From positions 9,734,001 to 9,798,000 of the forward strand of contig OZ024754.1 of NCBI GenBank assembly GCA_964016885.1: DNA of 64,000 bases. Direction: 5' to 3'. This DNA is from Eledone cirrhosa. Taxonomy: Eukaryota. A program made the position numbers and the translations under genes. How positions within the stretch are numbered: position 1 is the stretch's first letter; every line of letters begins with the position of its first letter. A model generated the notes under the pieces. The model was not told where the DNA came from. It made no database searches and worked only from the letters and a program-made list of their open reading frames with translations. Positions 15,360 through 27,470 of the stretch are shown piece after piece.

Positions 15360-17990
15360 CATGTTATCATGGCACCAACACTACCACATTACAGAGTGGA
15401 CTGGGTGCCTCTTTGTCATGGCACCAACACTACCACATTACAGAGTGGACTGGGTGCCTCTTTGTCATGGCACCAACACTACCACATTACAGAGTGGACT
15501 GGGTGCCTCTTTGTTATAGAACCAACACTATCATCTTACAGAGTGGACTGGGTGCCTCTTTGTTATAGCACCAACACTATCATCTTACAGAGTGGACTGG
15601 GTGCCTCTTTGTTATAGCACCAACACTATCATCTTACAGAGTGGACTGGGTGCCTCTTTGTCATGGCACCAACACTATCATCTTACAGAGTGGACTGGGT
15701 GCTCTTTGTCATGACACCAACACTACCACATTACAGAGTGGACTGGGTGCCTCTTTGTCATAGCTCCAACACTACCACATTACAGAGTGGACTGGGTGCT
15801 TCTTTGTCATGACACCAACACTACCACCTTACAGAGTGGACTGGGTGCCTCTTTGTCATAGCTCCAACACTACCACATTACAGGGTGGACTGGGTGCCTC
15901 TTTGTCATGGCACCAACACTATCATCTTACAGAGTGGACTGGGTGCCTCTTTGTCATAGCTCCAACACTACCACATTACAGGGTGGACTGGGTGCCTCTT
16001 TGTCATGGCACCAACACTATCATCTTACAGAGAGGACTGGGTGCTCTTTGTCATGGCACCAACACTACCACATTACAGAGTGAACTGGGTGCCTCTTTGT
16101 CATAGCACCAACACTATCACCTTACAGAGTGGACTGGGTGCTTCTTTGTCATGGCACCAACACTATCATCTTACAGAGTGGACTGGGTGCTCTTTGTCAT
16201 GGCACCAACACTATCATCTAACAGGGTGGAGTGGGTGCCTCTTTGTCATGGCACCAACACTACCACATTACAGAGTGGACTGGGTGCCTCTTTGTCATGG
16301 CACCAACACTATCATCTTACAGAGTGGAGTGGGTGCCTCTTTGTCATAGCTCCAACACTACCACATTACAGGGTGGACTGGGTGCCTCTTTGTCATGGCA
16401 CCAACACTATCATCTTACAGAGTGGACTGGGTGCCTCTTTGTCATGGCACCAACACTATCATCTTACAGAGTGGAGTGGGTGCCTCTTTGTCATAGCTCC
16501 AACACTACCACATTACAGGGTGGACTGGGTGCCTCTTTGTCATGGCACCAACACTATCATCTTACAGAGAGGACTGGGTGCTCTTTGTCATGGCACCAAC
16601 ACTACCACATTACAGAGTGGACTGGGTGCCTCTTTGTCATGGCACCAACACTATCATCTTACAGAGTGGACTGGGTGCCTCTTTGTCATGGCACCAACAC
16701 TACCACATTACAGAGTGGACTGGGTGCCTCTTTGTCATGGCACCAACACTATCATCTTACAGAGTGGACTGGGTGCCTCTTTGTCATGGCACCAACACTA
16801 TCATCTAACAGGGTGGAGTGGGTGCCTCTTTGTCATGGCACCAACACTATCATCTTACAGAGTGGAGTGGGTGCCTCTTTGTCATGGCACCAACACTACC
16901 ACATTACAGAGTGGACTGGGTGCCTCTTTGTTATAGCACCAACACTATCATCTTACAGAGTGGAGTGGGTGCCTCTTTGTCATGGCACCAACACTACCAC
17001 ATTACAGAGTGGACTGGGTGCTTCTTTGTCATGGCACCAACACTATCATCTTACAGAGTGGAGTGGGTGCCTCTTTGTCATGGCACCAACACTATCATCT
17101 AACAGGGTGGAGTGGGTGCCTCTTTGTCATGGCACCAACACTACCACATTACAGAGTGGACTGGGTGCTTCTTTGTCATGGCACCAACACTATCATCTTA
17201 CAGAGTGGAGTGGGTGCCTCTTTGTCATGGCACCAACACTACCACATTACAGAGTGGACTGGGTGCTTCTTTGTCATGGCACCAACACTACCACATTACA
17301 GAGTGGACTGGGTGCTTCTTTGTCATAGCTCCAACACTACCACATTACAGAGTGGACTGGGTGCCTCTTTGTCATAACTCCAACACTATCATCTTACAGA
17401 GTGGACTGGGTGCCTCTTTGTCATAGCACCAACACTATCATCTTACAGAGTGGACTGGGTGCCTCTTTGTCATAACTCCAACACTACCACATTACAGAGT
17501 GGACTGGGTGCCTCTTTGTCATGGCACCAACACTATCATCTTACAGAGTGGAGTGGGTGCCTCTTTGTCATAGCACCAACACTATCATCTTACAGAGTGG
17601 ACTGGGTGCCTCTTTGTCATAACTCCAACACTACCACATTACAGGGTGGACTGGGTGCCTCTTTGTCATAACTCCAACACTACCACATTACAGGGTGGAC
17701 TGGGTGCCTCTTTGTCATGGCACCAACACTATCATCTTACAGAGTGGACTGGGTGCTCTTTGTCACGACACCAACACTATCACATTACAGGGTCGACTGG
17801 GTGTTTTTTTGTCATGGCACCAACACTACCACATGACAGGGTGGACTGGGTGCTTTTTTGTCCTGGCACCAACGCTATCACATTACAGAGTGGAATGGGT
17901 GCTTTTTATCATCATACCAGCACTACTACCTTACAGGGTGAAATGGGTGCTTTTTACCGTAGTGCCAGCACTACAACCTTAAAGGATTGA
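15360..17990. repeat. 49-bp minisatellite, ~53 copies
   Basis: Unit CATGGCACCAACACTA(CCACA/TCATC)TTACAGAGTGGACTGGGTGCCTCTTTGT. Confidence 0.97.
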
Positions 17991-18468
17991 CTGGGGGGCT
18001 TTTTGATCATGGTATCAGTAGGGTTGGATTTGGAGAAGATTTGACTGTTATTTCTAACAGATCAACTAATTATATAAAACTTTTCTTTTTCTATATTATT
18101 TTATATTTATTTGTGATCTCTTATATCATACATCGATTGACAGAACTAAAACTCCGTGATTGCTTGCTTGCTTGTTTGTCTGTAATGTAATACAGTCAAA
18201 AGGGTGTATAATGGGAAAATACTTTGAAAGGAAGTTGACCCTGAAATGGGAATACAAATGGAATAAAACAAGTTTCGCATAAATCAAAGCATGGGTTCCT
18301 GAGATACGGGGTTTTTCCGGGAACCTTCATAAACAGAGGGAGAGAGAGAGAGAGAGATTTGAAACAAACAAACTTGATTTGCTTTGGTCGATCTCGTTAT
18401 AAAGAATTTTCCGTTACAATAAATTCTTTTTTATACCATGTGAATTTTGTTATAACATAATTTCACTG

Positions 18469-18510
<42 letters not shown>

Positions 18511-18652
18511 TATAATATATATCGTCAAGTATGAAATTTGTAGAAATTTGTTTTATTTTTCTACAAATTTCATATTTGACGACCTAACACACATATATAT
18601 ATATATATATATATAATATATAAGAACAAAAGATGGTTAAAAGAGTTCCATG

Positions 18653-18723
18653 TATTTTATTATGCGCATTTCAAAAACAAATATCATCATGCAATAATAT
18701 TTGTGTTTTCATCAGATAAAACA
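18653..18723 (-). ncRNA. Type I hammerhead ribozyme, family 1 (left arm of inverted repeat)
   Basis: Reverse strand: TGTTTTAT-CTGATGA-stem II-GAAA-TGCGCA-TA^-ATAAAATA. Confidence 0.85.
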
Positions 18724-18832
18724 GGAAGACATGATATGAAGGTTAAAAAACACTTGTGGATAGTGCAGTTTTAAATCAACATATCAACTGCAGTATCCAC
18801 AAGTGTTTTTTAACCTTCATATCATGTCTTCC

Positions 18833-18903
18833 TGTTTTATCTGATGAAAACACATATGTTATTGCATGATGATATTTGTTTTTGAAATGCGCATAATAAA
18901 ATA
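18833..18903 (+). ncRNA. Type I hammerhead ribozyme, family 1 (right arm)
   Basis: TGTTTTAT-CTGATGA-AAACA..TGTTT-GAAA-TGCGCA-TA^-ATAAAATA; intact core, AUA triplet, predicted cut after 18895. Confidence 0.85.
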
Positions 18904-19053
18904 CATGGAACTCTTTTAACCATCTTTTGTTCTTATATATTATGCATACTCCAGTCCTACAAACTGTAGAGTGCTTCTTATCCGATATCTGCATTGCTTT
19001 ATTGTACTACAATAAAACTCACCTCCTACATTTATATATATATATATATATAG

Positions 19054-19240
19054 GAACAAGTATGACCCCGACGGCAGAGCTCAAGCCGTTTCAACGGCTA
19101 ATTCTGGATGGAATTAGCCGTCGAAACGGCTTGAGCTCTGCCGTCGGGGTCATACTTGTTCATATTACCCACTCTACTACCCTAAGTATTGAGTACTTTG
19201 GTGCGATATGGTCCATCTGGTTCCTTACCACATTTCCTTC
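19054..19240 (+). mobile_element. Short element with a ~50-bp-arm palindrome and conserved tail
   Basis: Hairpin at 19054-19161, then tail attacccactctactaccctaagtattgagtac. A reverse copy is at 23960-24164 and tail-only copies at about 42925-43005 and 40950-41000. Confidence 0.75.
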
Positions 19241-19613
19241 ATTATATATATATAAAGGGCGGTGGATTAGCAGTATCGGTAGAGGGTCGGACGCCATGCT
19301 TTCCAGCATAGTTACGTCCCTTTACGATCTGATTTCAAATCCCGCCGAGGTTGACTTTGCCTTTCATCCTTACGGGGTCGATAAAATAAAGTACCAGTAA
19401 TGCACTGGGTAATTGCTGGCCTTGTGCCTAAAGTAGAAACAATTATATATATATATATATGGGATAACAAGTTATCGTCATAGGCAATCCAGTTAGAGGT
19501 TGTGAGTACTCTGGATAGTTTTAATGTACACCGTTGTTTGACTCAACAAGATGTTTCCATAGTTAGGTAGCGAGTTCGCAAGAATTCCTATGTAGGTTAT
19601 ACTTGGAGTAATA

Positions 19614-19934
19614 ATAGTGAAAGATTGAAGAATATCATGGTCGGCTGTACAAGAAGGGGTTTTATTTCAAGTATTAACCATTGTTTCATTGATCAGGTGA
19701 GTCTAAAAGCCACTAATCACTCGAAGTTGCGTCACTCGACCGTAAATACAGTGTAAAATTCTTTAGTATTCTGATGATTTGATCAGAGGTAAACCACTGT
19801 ATTTAAGGTCGAGTGACGCAACTTCGAGTGATTAGTGGCTTTTAGACTCACCTGATCAATGAAACAATTGTTAATACTTGAAATAAAACCCCTTCTTGTA
19901 CAGCCGACCATGTTATTCTTCAATCTTTCACTAT
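19614..19934. mobile_element. Foldback element with ~140-bp arms and a hammerhead
   Basis: 19614-19753 is the reverse complement of 19795-19934. Confidence 0.8.
19765..19878 (+). ncRNA. Type I hammerhead ribozyme with extended stem II
   Basis: AGTATT-CTGATGA-T-TTGATCAG...CTGATCAA-T-GAAAC-AATT-GTT^-AATACT, followed by AATAAA. Confidence 0.8.
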
Positions 19935-22900
19935 ATATATATATATATATATATAGTGTCCCCCCACCTACCCCCCACTCTCCTGAGCGTGAATTTAATA
20001 AACATTTATTGTACTGCCTCTCTGTTCTGTCCCTGTTCAATTTTTCATTATATATATATATATATATCATCATCATTACCGTTTTACATCCATTACATTA
20101 GATAAAATGGAGAAACAATCAAAATGAAAATCAAGTTAGAATGAAATAAAATATCTACCATATATAGCCAGATATTTTATCTCTGTGTAACAAGATTTGC
20201 TGTTTTTGAATGTCTCTTTATTAACAATTTCGAACTTCCATATATTAATTTTCGTCAGATTTTCTAGGATAATAGAATAATTCTCAGTATAATACCCAAA
20301 TATTAATTCATTTATATATATATTTGTTCATCATCATTGTCATCATTATTATCATCATTGGCACAAGGCCAGCAATTACCCAGTACATTACTGATAAAAT
20401 AAAGTACCAGTAATGTACTGGGAAATTGCTGGCCTTGTGCCAAAAGCAGAAACAATTATTATCAACATTGTGGTTTGGCAGAATCGGTCGAGCATCAAAC
20501 ACCATGCTTTGCAGCATAGAGTTACGGCCCTTTACATTCTGAGTTCAAATCCTGCCGGGGTTAACTTTGCCTTTCATCCTTACGGGGTCGATAAAATAAA
20601 GTACCAATAACACACTCGGGTCGATTTAATCGATTTCCCCCCCCCCCCCTCCCTGAAAATTGTTGGCCTTGGGTTCAAATCCTGTCGAGGTTAGATTTGC
20701 CTTTCATCCTTACGGGAGTTGATAATATCAAGTACCAGTAAGACACTGGGGTCGATTTAATCTACTTGCCCTCCCCCAAAATTGCTGGCCTTGTGCACTG
20801 GGGTAACTGCTGGCCTTGTGCCAAAAGTAGAAACAATTATTATCATTATCATTGTATTTATGTACCAATAAAGTACCAGTAATGTACTGGGGTAATTGCT
20901 GGCCTTGTGCCAATAGTAGAAACAATTATTATTGTATTTACATCCAATTTTCTGTGCTAGCATGGGTTGGTCAAGACGTTAAGGGCGGTGGATTGGCAGT
21001 ATCGGTAGAGGGTCGGACGTCATGCTTTCCAGCATAGTTACGTCCCTTTACGATCTGAGTTCAAATCCCGCCGAGGTTGACTTTGCCTTTCATCCTTACG
21101 GGGTCGATAAAATAAAGTACCAGTAATGCACTGGGTAATTGCTGGCCTTGTGCCTAAAGTAGAAACAATTATTGTATTTACATCCAATTTTCTGTGCTAG
21201 CATGGGTTGGTCAAGACGTTTTCAGGAACTGTTTTACAGCCTGATAGCCCTACATTTAGTCACTTAATACAATATGCAAAGAAATGGTATACTTATTCTA
21301 TTCTACACAGGCACGTGGCCTAGTGGTAAGGGTGTTGGACTTATGATCATAATGTCATGGGTTCGATTCCTGGGTTGCGTGTTGTGCTCTTGAGCAAAAT
21401 ACTTCATTTCACGTTGCTCCAGTATACTCAGCTGAAAATGAGTACTAGTAATAGCTGGGGGTTTAACCCTGCGATGGACTGGTGTCCTGTCCAGGGGGGA
21501 GTCCTGTACTCTCAGTCACTTCATGCCATGAAACCGGGATAAGCACCGGCCAAATGAGTCTTCTGGCTTAAGACAGACTTTAGACTTTTTAGATTCTATT
21601 CCACACACACATGACAAAAATGCTCCCAGCACACACAGTAAACGTGGTTGGCATTAGGAAGGGCATCCAGCTGTAGAAACCAAGCCAAAATCTGTCCTGG
21701 GTGAGCTAAAAAGATGGTTCTCTGACCCAAATCTCTCCCTAAGGATCAACCTGCACTACCCATGCTAGCATGGAAGATGGACGTTAAACAACGACGATGA
21801 TGATGATGATGAAGCAGCTGATAGCAACTTCTTTTTCCATCATAAAGTTCTTCACCTTATTTTATAGCATCTCAGTGCATGAGCACATCTCCCTTTATAT
21901 CAAATACATTTCCATATATATATACTACCAAAATTAAATTAATTTAACTTAATTTTAATTTAATGTTAAAAGCTCAGATTTATTCCCTAGAATCTTTGAG
22001 TTTATTCTACAGGTGGTATGGCACATCTTTCTGATATTCTCTGGCATAACATCTTTAATTTAATTTTGGTAGTATTTACAACTCCTAAATATTCTGTTAG
22101 TAGAGCTTTTTCTGTTGAAAGGACTCGGCTGTTATTTCTAGCTGTCTATAACCATGTTCATGCTACTGGCTTGACAGTCGGGCAATATGTATTTTTTAAA
22201 CCTCATGTGCTTTTCGTTGTTATTTCCTGGTTGCTTTTAGCGTGTAAACACAGATAGTTAAACCTTCTCCTTTGCCGATGATCCGGGATTTGACATCTAT
22301 GACTCAACAAATAATTGTTTCTACTTTAGGCACAAGGCCAGCAATTATCCCAGTGCATTACTGGTACTTTATTTTATCGACCCCGTAAGGATGAAAGGCA
22401 AAGTCAACCTCGGCGGGATTTGAACTCAGATCGTAAAGGGACGTAACCATGCTGGAAAGCATGGCGTCCGACCCTCTACCGATATTGTTTCTACTTTTGA
22501 CACAAGGCCAGCAATTACCCCAGTGCATTACTGGTACTTTATTTTATCGACCCCGTAAGGATGAAAGGCAAAGTCTAACCCCGGTGGGATTTGAACTCAG
22601 ATTGTAAAGGGACGTAACTATGCTGGAAAGCATGGCGTCCGACCCTCTACCGATACTGCCAATCTACCCACCGCCATATGATTCACCTATTAATGGTGAA
22701 ATATATTTCTTCAATGGAATATATACAAAGGAGATTAATCATTATTGCAAGGTATCTATATTCAGGGTTCTTGTTTAAATTTTAATATGTTACCTTCGTA
22801 ACTATGTGTGGTTACACTTTTTACAAATTATCCCCTGTAATTGTTTGATATGTTTATTTTATATATGTGTCAATCGATTTTTAATTTAATGTCATATATA

Positions 22901-23406
22901 TATATATATATATAAACCTTTCTGTAACTACCGTTGCTATGGTATATGCAAGGCCAGTCCCTTTGGTCGGTTTTCTTGCTGTCACACTTTTTAACTGTTG
23001 TGTTTCACTCTGGACAATAATGTATTAACTTTACGCCCCATTGAGTGCTTTATGATTGCCTCAAACAAATCGAATAGTACTTGCTGTGCAGCAGCTACAA
23101 CTTCAGTTTATACCTTATATATATATAGAATTAGAATTTTAGTAGCCGCTGGTGTTTTGGCATAGTTACGGTTCACTAAATGTATATCTTTAGAAATACG
23201 AAATTCCAAAACCGTATATCTTTAGAAATACGAAATTCCAATACATATCTATATATGTATATATTTAGGTTTGTTGGTTTACCACTGGATAGAACTGGTC
23301 ATTCCGTATGGTCAACCTTGATGTAATATTATGGAAAGCACTCAACGTAATGCAACTCACCCGTCTTCGTTTGTGTAGTTGGTGGTGCGAGTACGGAGTT
23401 AATTAT

Positions 23407-23732
23407 TATAAAATAAAAGGAGGCTGGACTGGTGTACTTCCTTAAAAGGTTTATTATACTATGATCATTTCAATGACCGGGTTCAGATGGACATAAGTAG
23501 GCTTAATAGTCAACACTTGGGGGCGGCCAGCCAAGGTAGAAGATGCTGAAAGTTTGGTCACCCTCGTGTCTCTGATTTTTCAGCCCCATGGATTTTGTCT
23601 ATTGTATTCCTTTGTTATATTTCAAATACCAGATGATGTCACCAGATTCATACTGAACCCGGTCATTGAAATGATCATAGCATAATAAACCTTTCAAGGA
23701 ATTACACCAGTCCAGCCTCCTGTTATTTTATA
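23407..23732. mobile_element. Foldback element with ~80-bp arms and ~160-bp spacer
   Basis: 23407-23489 is the reverse complement of 23649-23732. Confidence 0.75.
23626..23683 (+). ncRNA. Type I hammerhead motif, degenerate (core CAGATGA)
   Basis: ATAC-CAGATGA-stem II (ACC/GGT, TTCA/TGAA)-GAAA-TGATCA-TA^-GCAT-AATAAA. The inverted copy keeps GTAT, which restores stem I. Confidence 0.6.
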
Positions 23733-23959
23733 TATATATATACAGATATATATAAGTAATCATATTGGAGCAGTCCACTATGATAATATTAATAATAAGC
23801 AAATTTTTCATGCTTTCCTTCTTTTTATCCTATTTTTGTTGAAACATATAAGATAAATAATATCTTGAATTTCTTCATCTTGGTTTTTTATTCATTATGT
23901 GAGTGTGTGTATGTATGTAAGCATGGAAAATAGACATAATATATATATACATATATATA

Positions 23960-24164
23960 ACAAAGGAAATGTGGTAAGGAACCAGATGGACCATAACCCA
24001 GAGTACTCAATACTTAGGGTAGTAGAGTGGGTAATAGGAAAATGTTTATCCCCGACGGCCGAGCTGAAGCCGTTTCGACGGCTATTTCAGGACTATTATT
24101 TCTAGTCCAGAAATAGCCGTCGAAACGGCTTCAGCTCGGCCGTCGGGGTTAAACATTTTCCTAT
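23960..24164 (-). mobile_element. Second copy of the 19054 palindrome-plus-tail element
   Basis: Hairpin at 24034-24164 containing gccgtcgaaacggc; tail matches 19162-19240 in reverse. Confidence 0.75.
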
Positions 24165-24167
24165 ATA

Positions 24168-24237
<70 letters not shown>

Positions 24238-24610
24238 CACACACACACCTATCTATATACATAAATATATATATATATATACATACACACACACACCTAT
24301 CTATATACATAAATATATATATATATATACATAAAATATGTATACATATATATATACATATATATATGTAATTATATATATAATTATGGTGCGCTTTCAT
24401 CAGATAAAATATAATATAGATCAGTTTTATAAATAAATATTAACATACCCTTAAAGAATGCGACCATTTCTGTTGGAAATAAATATGGTTTTATAAATAT
24501 AGTTTCCATTAATATATCGTATTTTTACTCCACTAATTTGTTGAGTGCTTTATATCAGTTACAAAAATATTTGCTTGTTGTATCCCAACAATTTAAATAT
24601 AACTTCTACA

Positions 24611-24728
<118 letters not shown>

Positions 24729-24834
24729 CATATATGTATATATATATATACATGTATATATACATATATATATACATATATATACATATATATACACATA
24801 TATATATATACATATATATATACATATATATACA

Positions 24835-24892
<58 letters not shown>

Positions 24893-24922
24893 CATAAATA
24901 TATATATACATATATATATACA

Positions 24923-25009
<87 letters not shown>

Positions 25010-25369
25010 GTCCTAAGTAGTGAATGTTTGTTGCTATAATTATACCTTATAGTCTGTCTAACATTTCAGCCATCTCTTCACGTGTAATTAAATGAAATTA
25101 AGCTGAATGTAGTTGAAAATTGTTAGTAACTACTTTCTACAAATCTTTTTCTCGGAAGAAATCATATGAAGACACTTATGTGTGATTAAGATGTTCATTC
25201 TGGAATCATATGATTTTAGGTTCAATTTCGAGCATAGCAACTTGAACAAGTCTTTCTACTATAGCCTCAAGCCAGTCACTGACTCATGAGTTAATTTGGT
25301 AGATGAAAACTGTAAGGAAGTCTCTCGTATATGTATGAAAAGATGTATGAATATAAATATATATATATG

Positions 25370-25713
25370 TGGAGGCACATGGCTTAGTGGTTAGAGCATT
25401 GGCCTTGCAATTGAAAGGTTGTGAGTTCAATTCTCAGACCGGGTGATGTGTTGTTTCCCTGAGCAAGAGACTTTATTTCACATTGCTCCAGTTTACTCAG
25501 CTGTAGAAATGAGATGATAGGGACTGGGGTCCATATCATTCCACTGCAAACTGGTCGTGGAGGTGCCACGGAAAAAAAGCACCCAGCACTCACTGTAAAT
25601 GAAGTTGGTGTTAGGAAGGGCATCCAGCTGTAGAAATCAAGCCAGAATCAGTTCCCGTCCCACCCTTGCAAGCAGGGAAAAGCGGACGTAAAATGATGAT
25701 GATGATGATGATG
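25370..25713 (+). mobile_element. SINE family B copy
   Basis: Reverse complement of 12847-13183 with few substitutions. Confidence 0.9.
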
Positions 25714-26039
25714 ATATAGTCGGTACCACAACATCCAGTCCAAATAAATGAGATAATGAAATCGAGATCATGTAGGTGTCACGACATAAAAACACACAGT
25801 CCACGCTGTAATGTGGTCGTGTAGGTAACACGGTAAAAAGTTCCCAGTTCCACACTGTAAATGTGGTTGGTGTTAGGAAGGGCATCCAGCCGTAGAAAAC
25901 CTGCCAGATAGTCCTATATGAGCGAGACACACACGGTCACCTGACCAACCTTGCCTCAAGTGGGACAACTCCCGTCTAACCCATGCTAGCGTGGAAGATG
26001 GACATTAAACAAAGATGTTGATGATGATGATATAAATTT

Positions 26040-26420
26040 GAAACACAAATTTAAGTAATTTTGAAAACCAAACAATGCATTAGAAAGAAAATTAAACCGG
26101 TAAGATAACAAAAGAATCTTACCTTAGCAAATTTAATGATCCCAAATATTTTCGGGTTTAAAAAGCCATTATCAAGAGAGTAACCCTAGGAGAGACAAAG
26201 GATCGATATGAGTCGACTTAAATCTGCTTTCCAAACAAGTCGAGTCCAATCGATCCTTTAAGTCTCTCCTAGGTATACTCCCTTGATAATGAGTTTTTTA
26301 AACCCAAAATATTAATAATATCTTTAAATTTGCTAAGGTAAGATTCTTTTGTTATCTTAGCAATTTAATTTTCTTTCTAATGCATTGTTTGGTTTTCAAA
26401 ATGATTTAAATTTGTGTTTC
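26040..26420. mobile_element. Diverged foldback element with ~180-bp arms
   Basis: gaaacacaaatttaa...tcgactt versus aagtcga...ttaaatttgtgtttc. Confidence 0.75.
26140..26179 (-). ncRNA. Minimal hammerhead motif, U3-A8 core variant
   Basis: Reverse strand: TCTC-TTGATAA-TGGCTTTTTAAACCC-GAAA-ATATTT^-GGGA; stem III is the palindrome AAATATTT. Confidence 0.5.
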
Positions 26421-26501
26421 CTATTCAACAATGTTTCAAGCAAGCTACAAAACTCTGTTATATATATATATTAAGGATGTATGTATATAGATATATATAT
26501 A

Positions 26502-26540
<39 letters not shown>

Positions 26541-26983
26541 AAAAGGAAAAGAATGACTTCACTTGTAGTGTTAAAAAATGTTATGATTTAATGTTATAAT
26601 ATAATATTATAATATTATATTATATCTTATATATATAATATTTTAATATTATATCAGACACTATGCTTTGACGCATAGAGTTACGCCCCTTGCCATTCTG
26701 AGTTCAAATCGCGCCAAGGTTAACTTTGCCTTTCATCCTTACGGGGTCGATAAAATAAAGTACCAGTAATGTACTGGGTAATTGCTGGCCTTGTGCCAAA
26801 AGTAGAAACAATTATATTATAACATTAAATCATAACATTTTTGAACACTACAAGTGAAGTCATTCTTTTCCTTTTTTTCATATATACCTAACTGTACCAA
26901 GGATCTCACACATTTTCCAATATATATATTTATATATACATATATATGTTTTGCAAGGTTTTTGGTATTATTTCTAGCAATAT

Positions 26984-27029
<46 letters not shown>

Positions 27030-27068
27030 TATATTAATAAATGGAAACTATATTTATAAAACCATAAT

Positions 27069-27134
27069 TATTTTATTATATATATTTCAAGAGCAGCCAA
27101 GGCAAATTTTGGTGCGCTTTCATCAGATAAAATA
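27069..27134 (-). ncRNA. Type I hammerhead ribozyme, family 1
   Basis: Reverse strand: TATTTTAT-CTGATGA-stem II (GCA/TGC, CCAA/TTGG)-GAAA-TATATA-TA^-ATAAAATA. Confidence 0.82.
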
Positions 27135-27269
27135 CAAAAATTGTTTTATAAATGTTGACATACCCGCAGAAGAACAACCTTGATGGTTGGAGGTTATATA
27201 TATTTATATACATACATCCTTACATACATATATAACTATTGATGGTCTACACACTGGCTACCCTGGCTA

Positions 27270-27470
27270 TCCAGGGGACAGAATAGTGAAGGTGTTTCCC
27301 CAGAGGATGGTGAAGGAGACTCGCTGGAAGAGTCGTTCCAACTCACGGGGCTCACACCTGAGCCGATGGTGGTGAACAGGGATGTGGCCCTAGGGCCAAG
27401 GACACCAGAAGTCTCCACTGCCACAGGTTCGAACACAAACTTGTCGGAGGGTGACCGATATATATCACCC
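27270..27470 (-). mobile_element. Non-LTR retrotransposon fragment, restriction-like endonuclease end (CRE-like)
   Basis: FVFEPVAVETSGVLGP..., then after a frameshift EPRELERLFQRVSFTILWGN, resembling F.P.AVET.G..G...L.QRLS..IQRGN. Confidence 0.7.

Larger units (their letters stand above)
18617..18940. mobile_element. Foldback element with ~150-bp arms, one hammerhead per arm (Penelope pLTR-like)
   Basis: Near-perfect inverted repeat with a 15-nt spacer, flanked by (TA)n. Confidence 0.8.

Noticed and set aside
15338-17990. Repetitive ORFs and a CRISPR-like look
   Set aside because: Contiguous 49-bp units with no unique spacers and no cas genes; eukaryotic context.
21309-21380. tRNA-like sequence
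   Set aside because: SINE head continuing into a ttgagcaa body, without a complete cloverleaf.
24385-24412. Family 1 hammerhead 5' half on the minus strand
   Set aside because: The GAAA and stem III half is replaced by (TA)n; incomplete.
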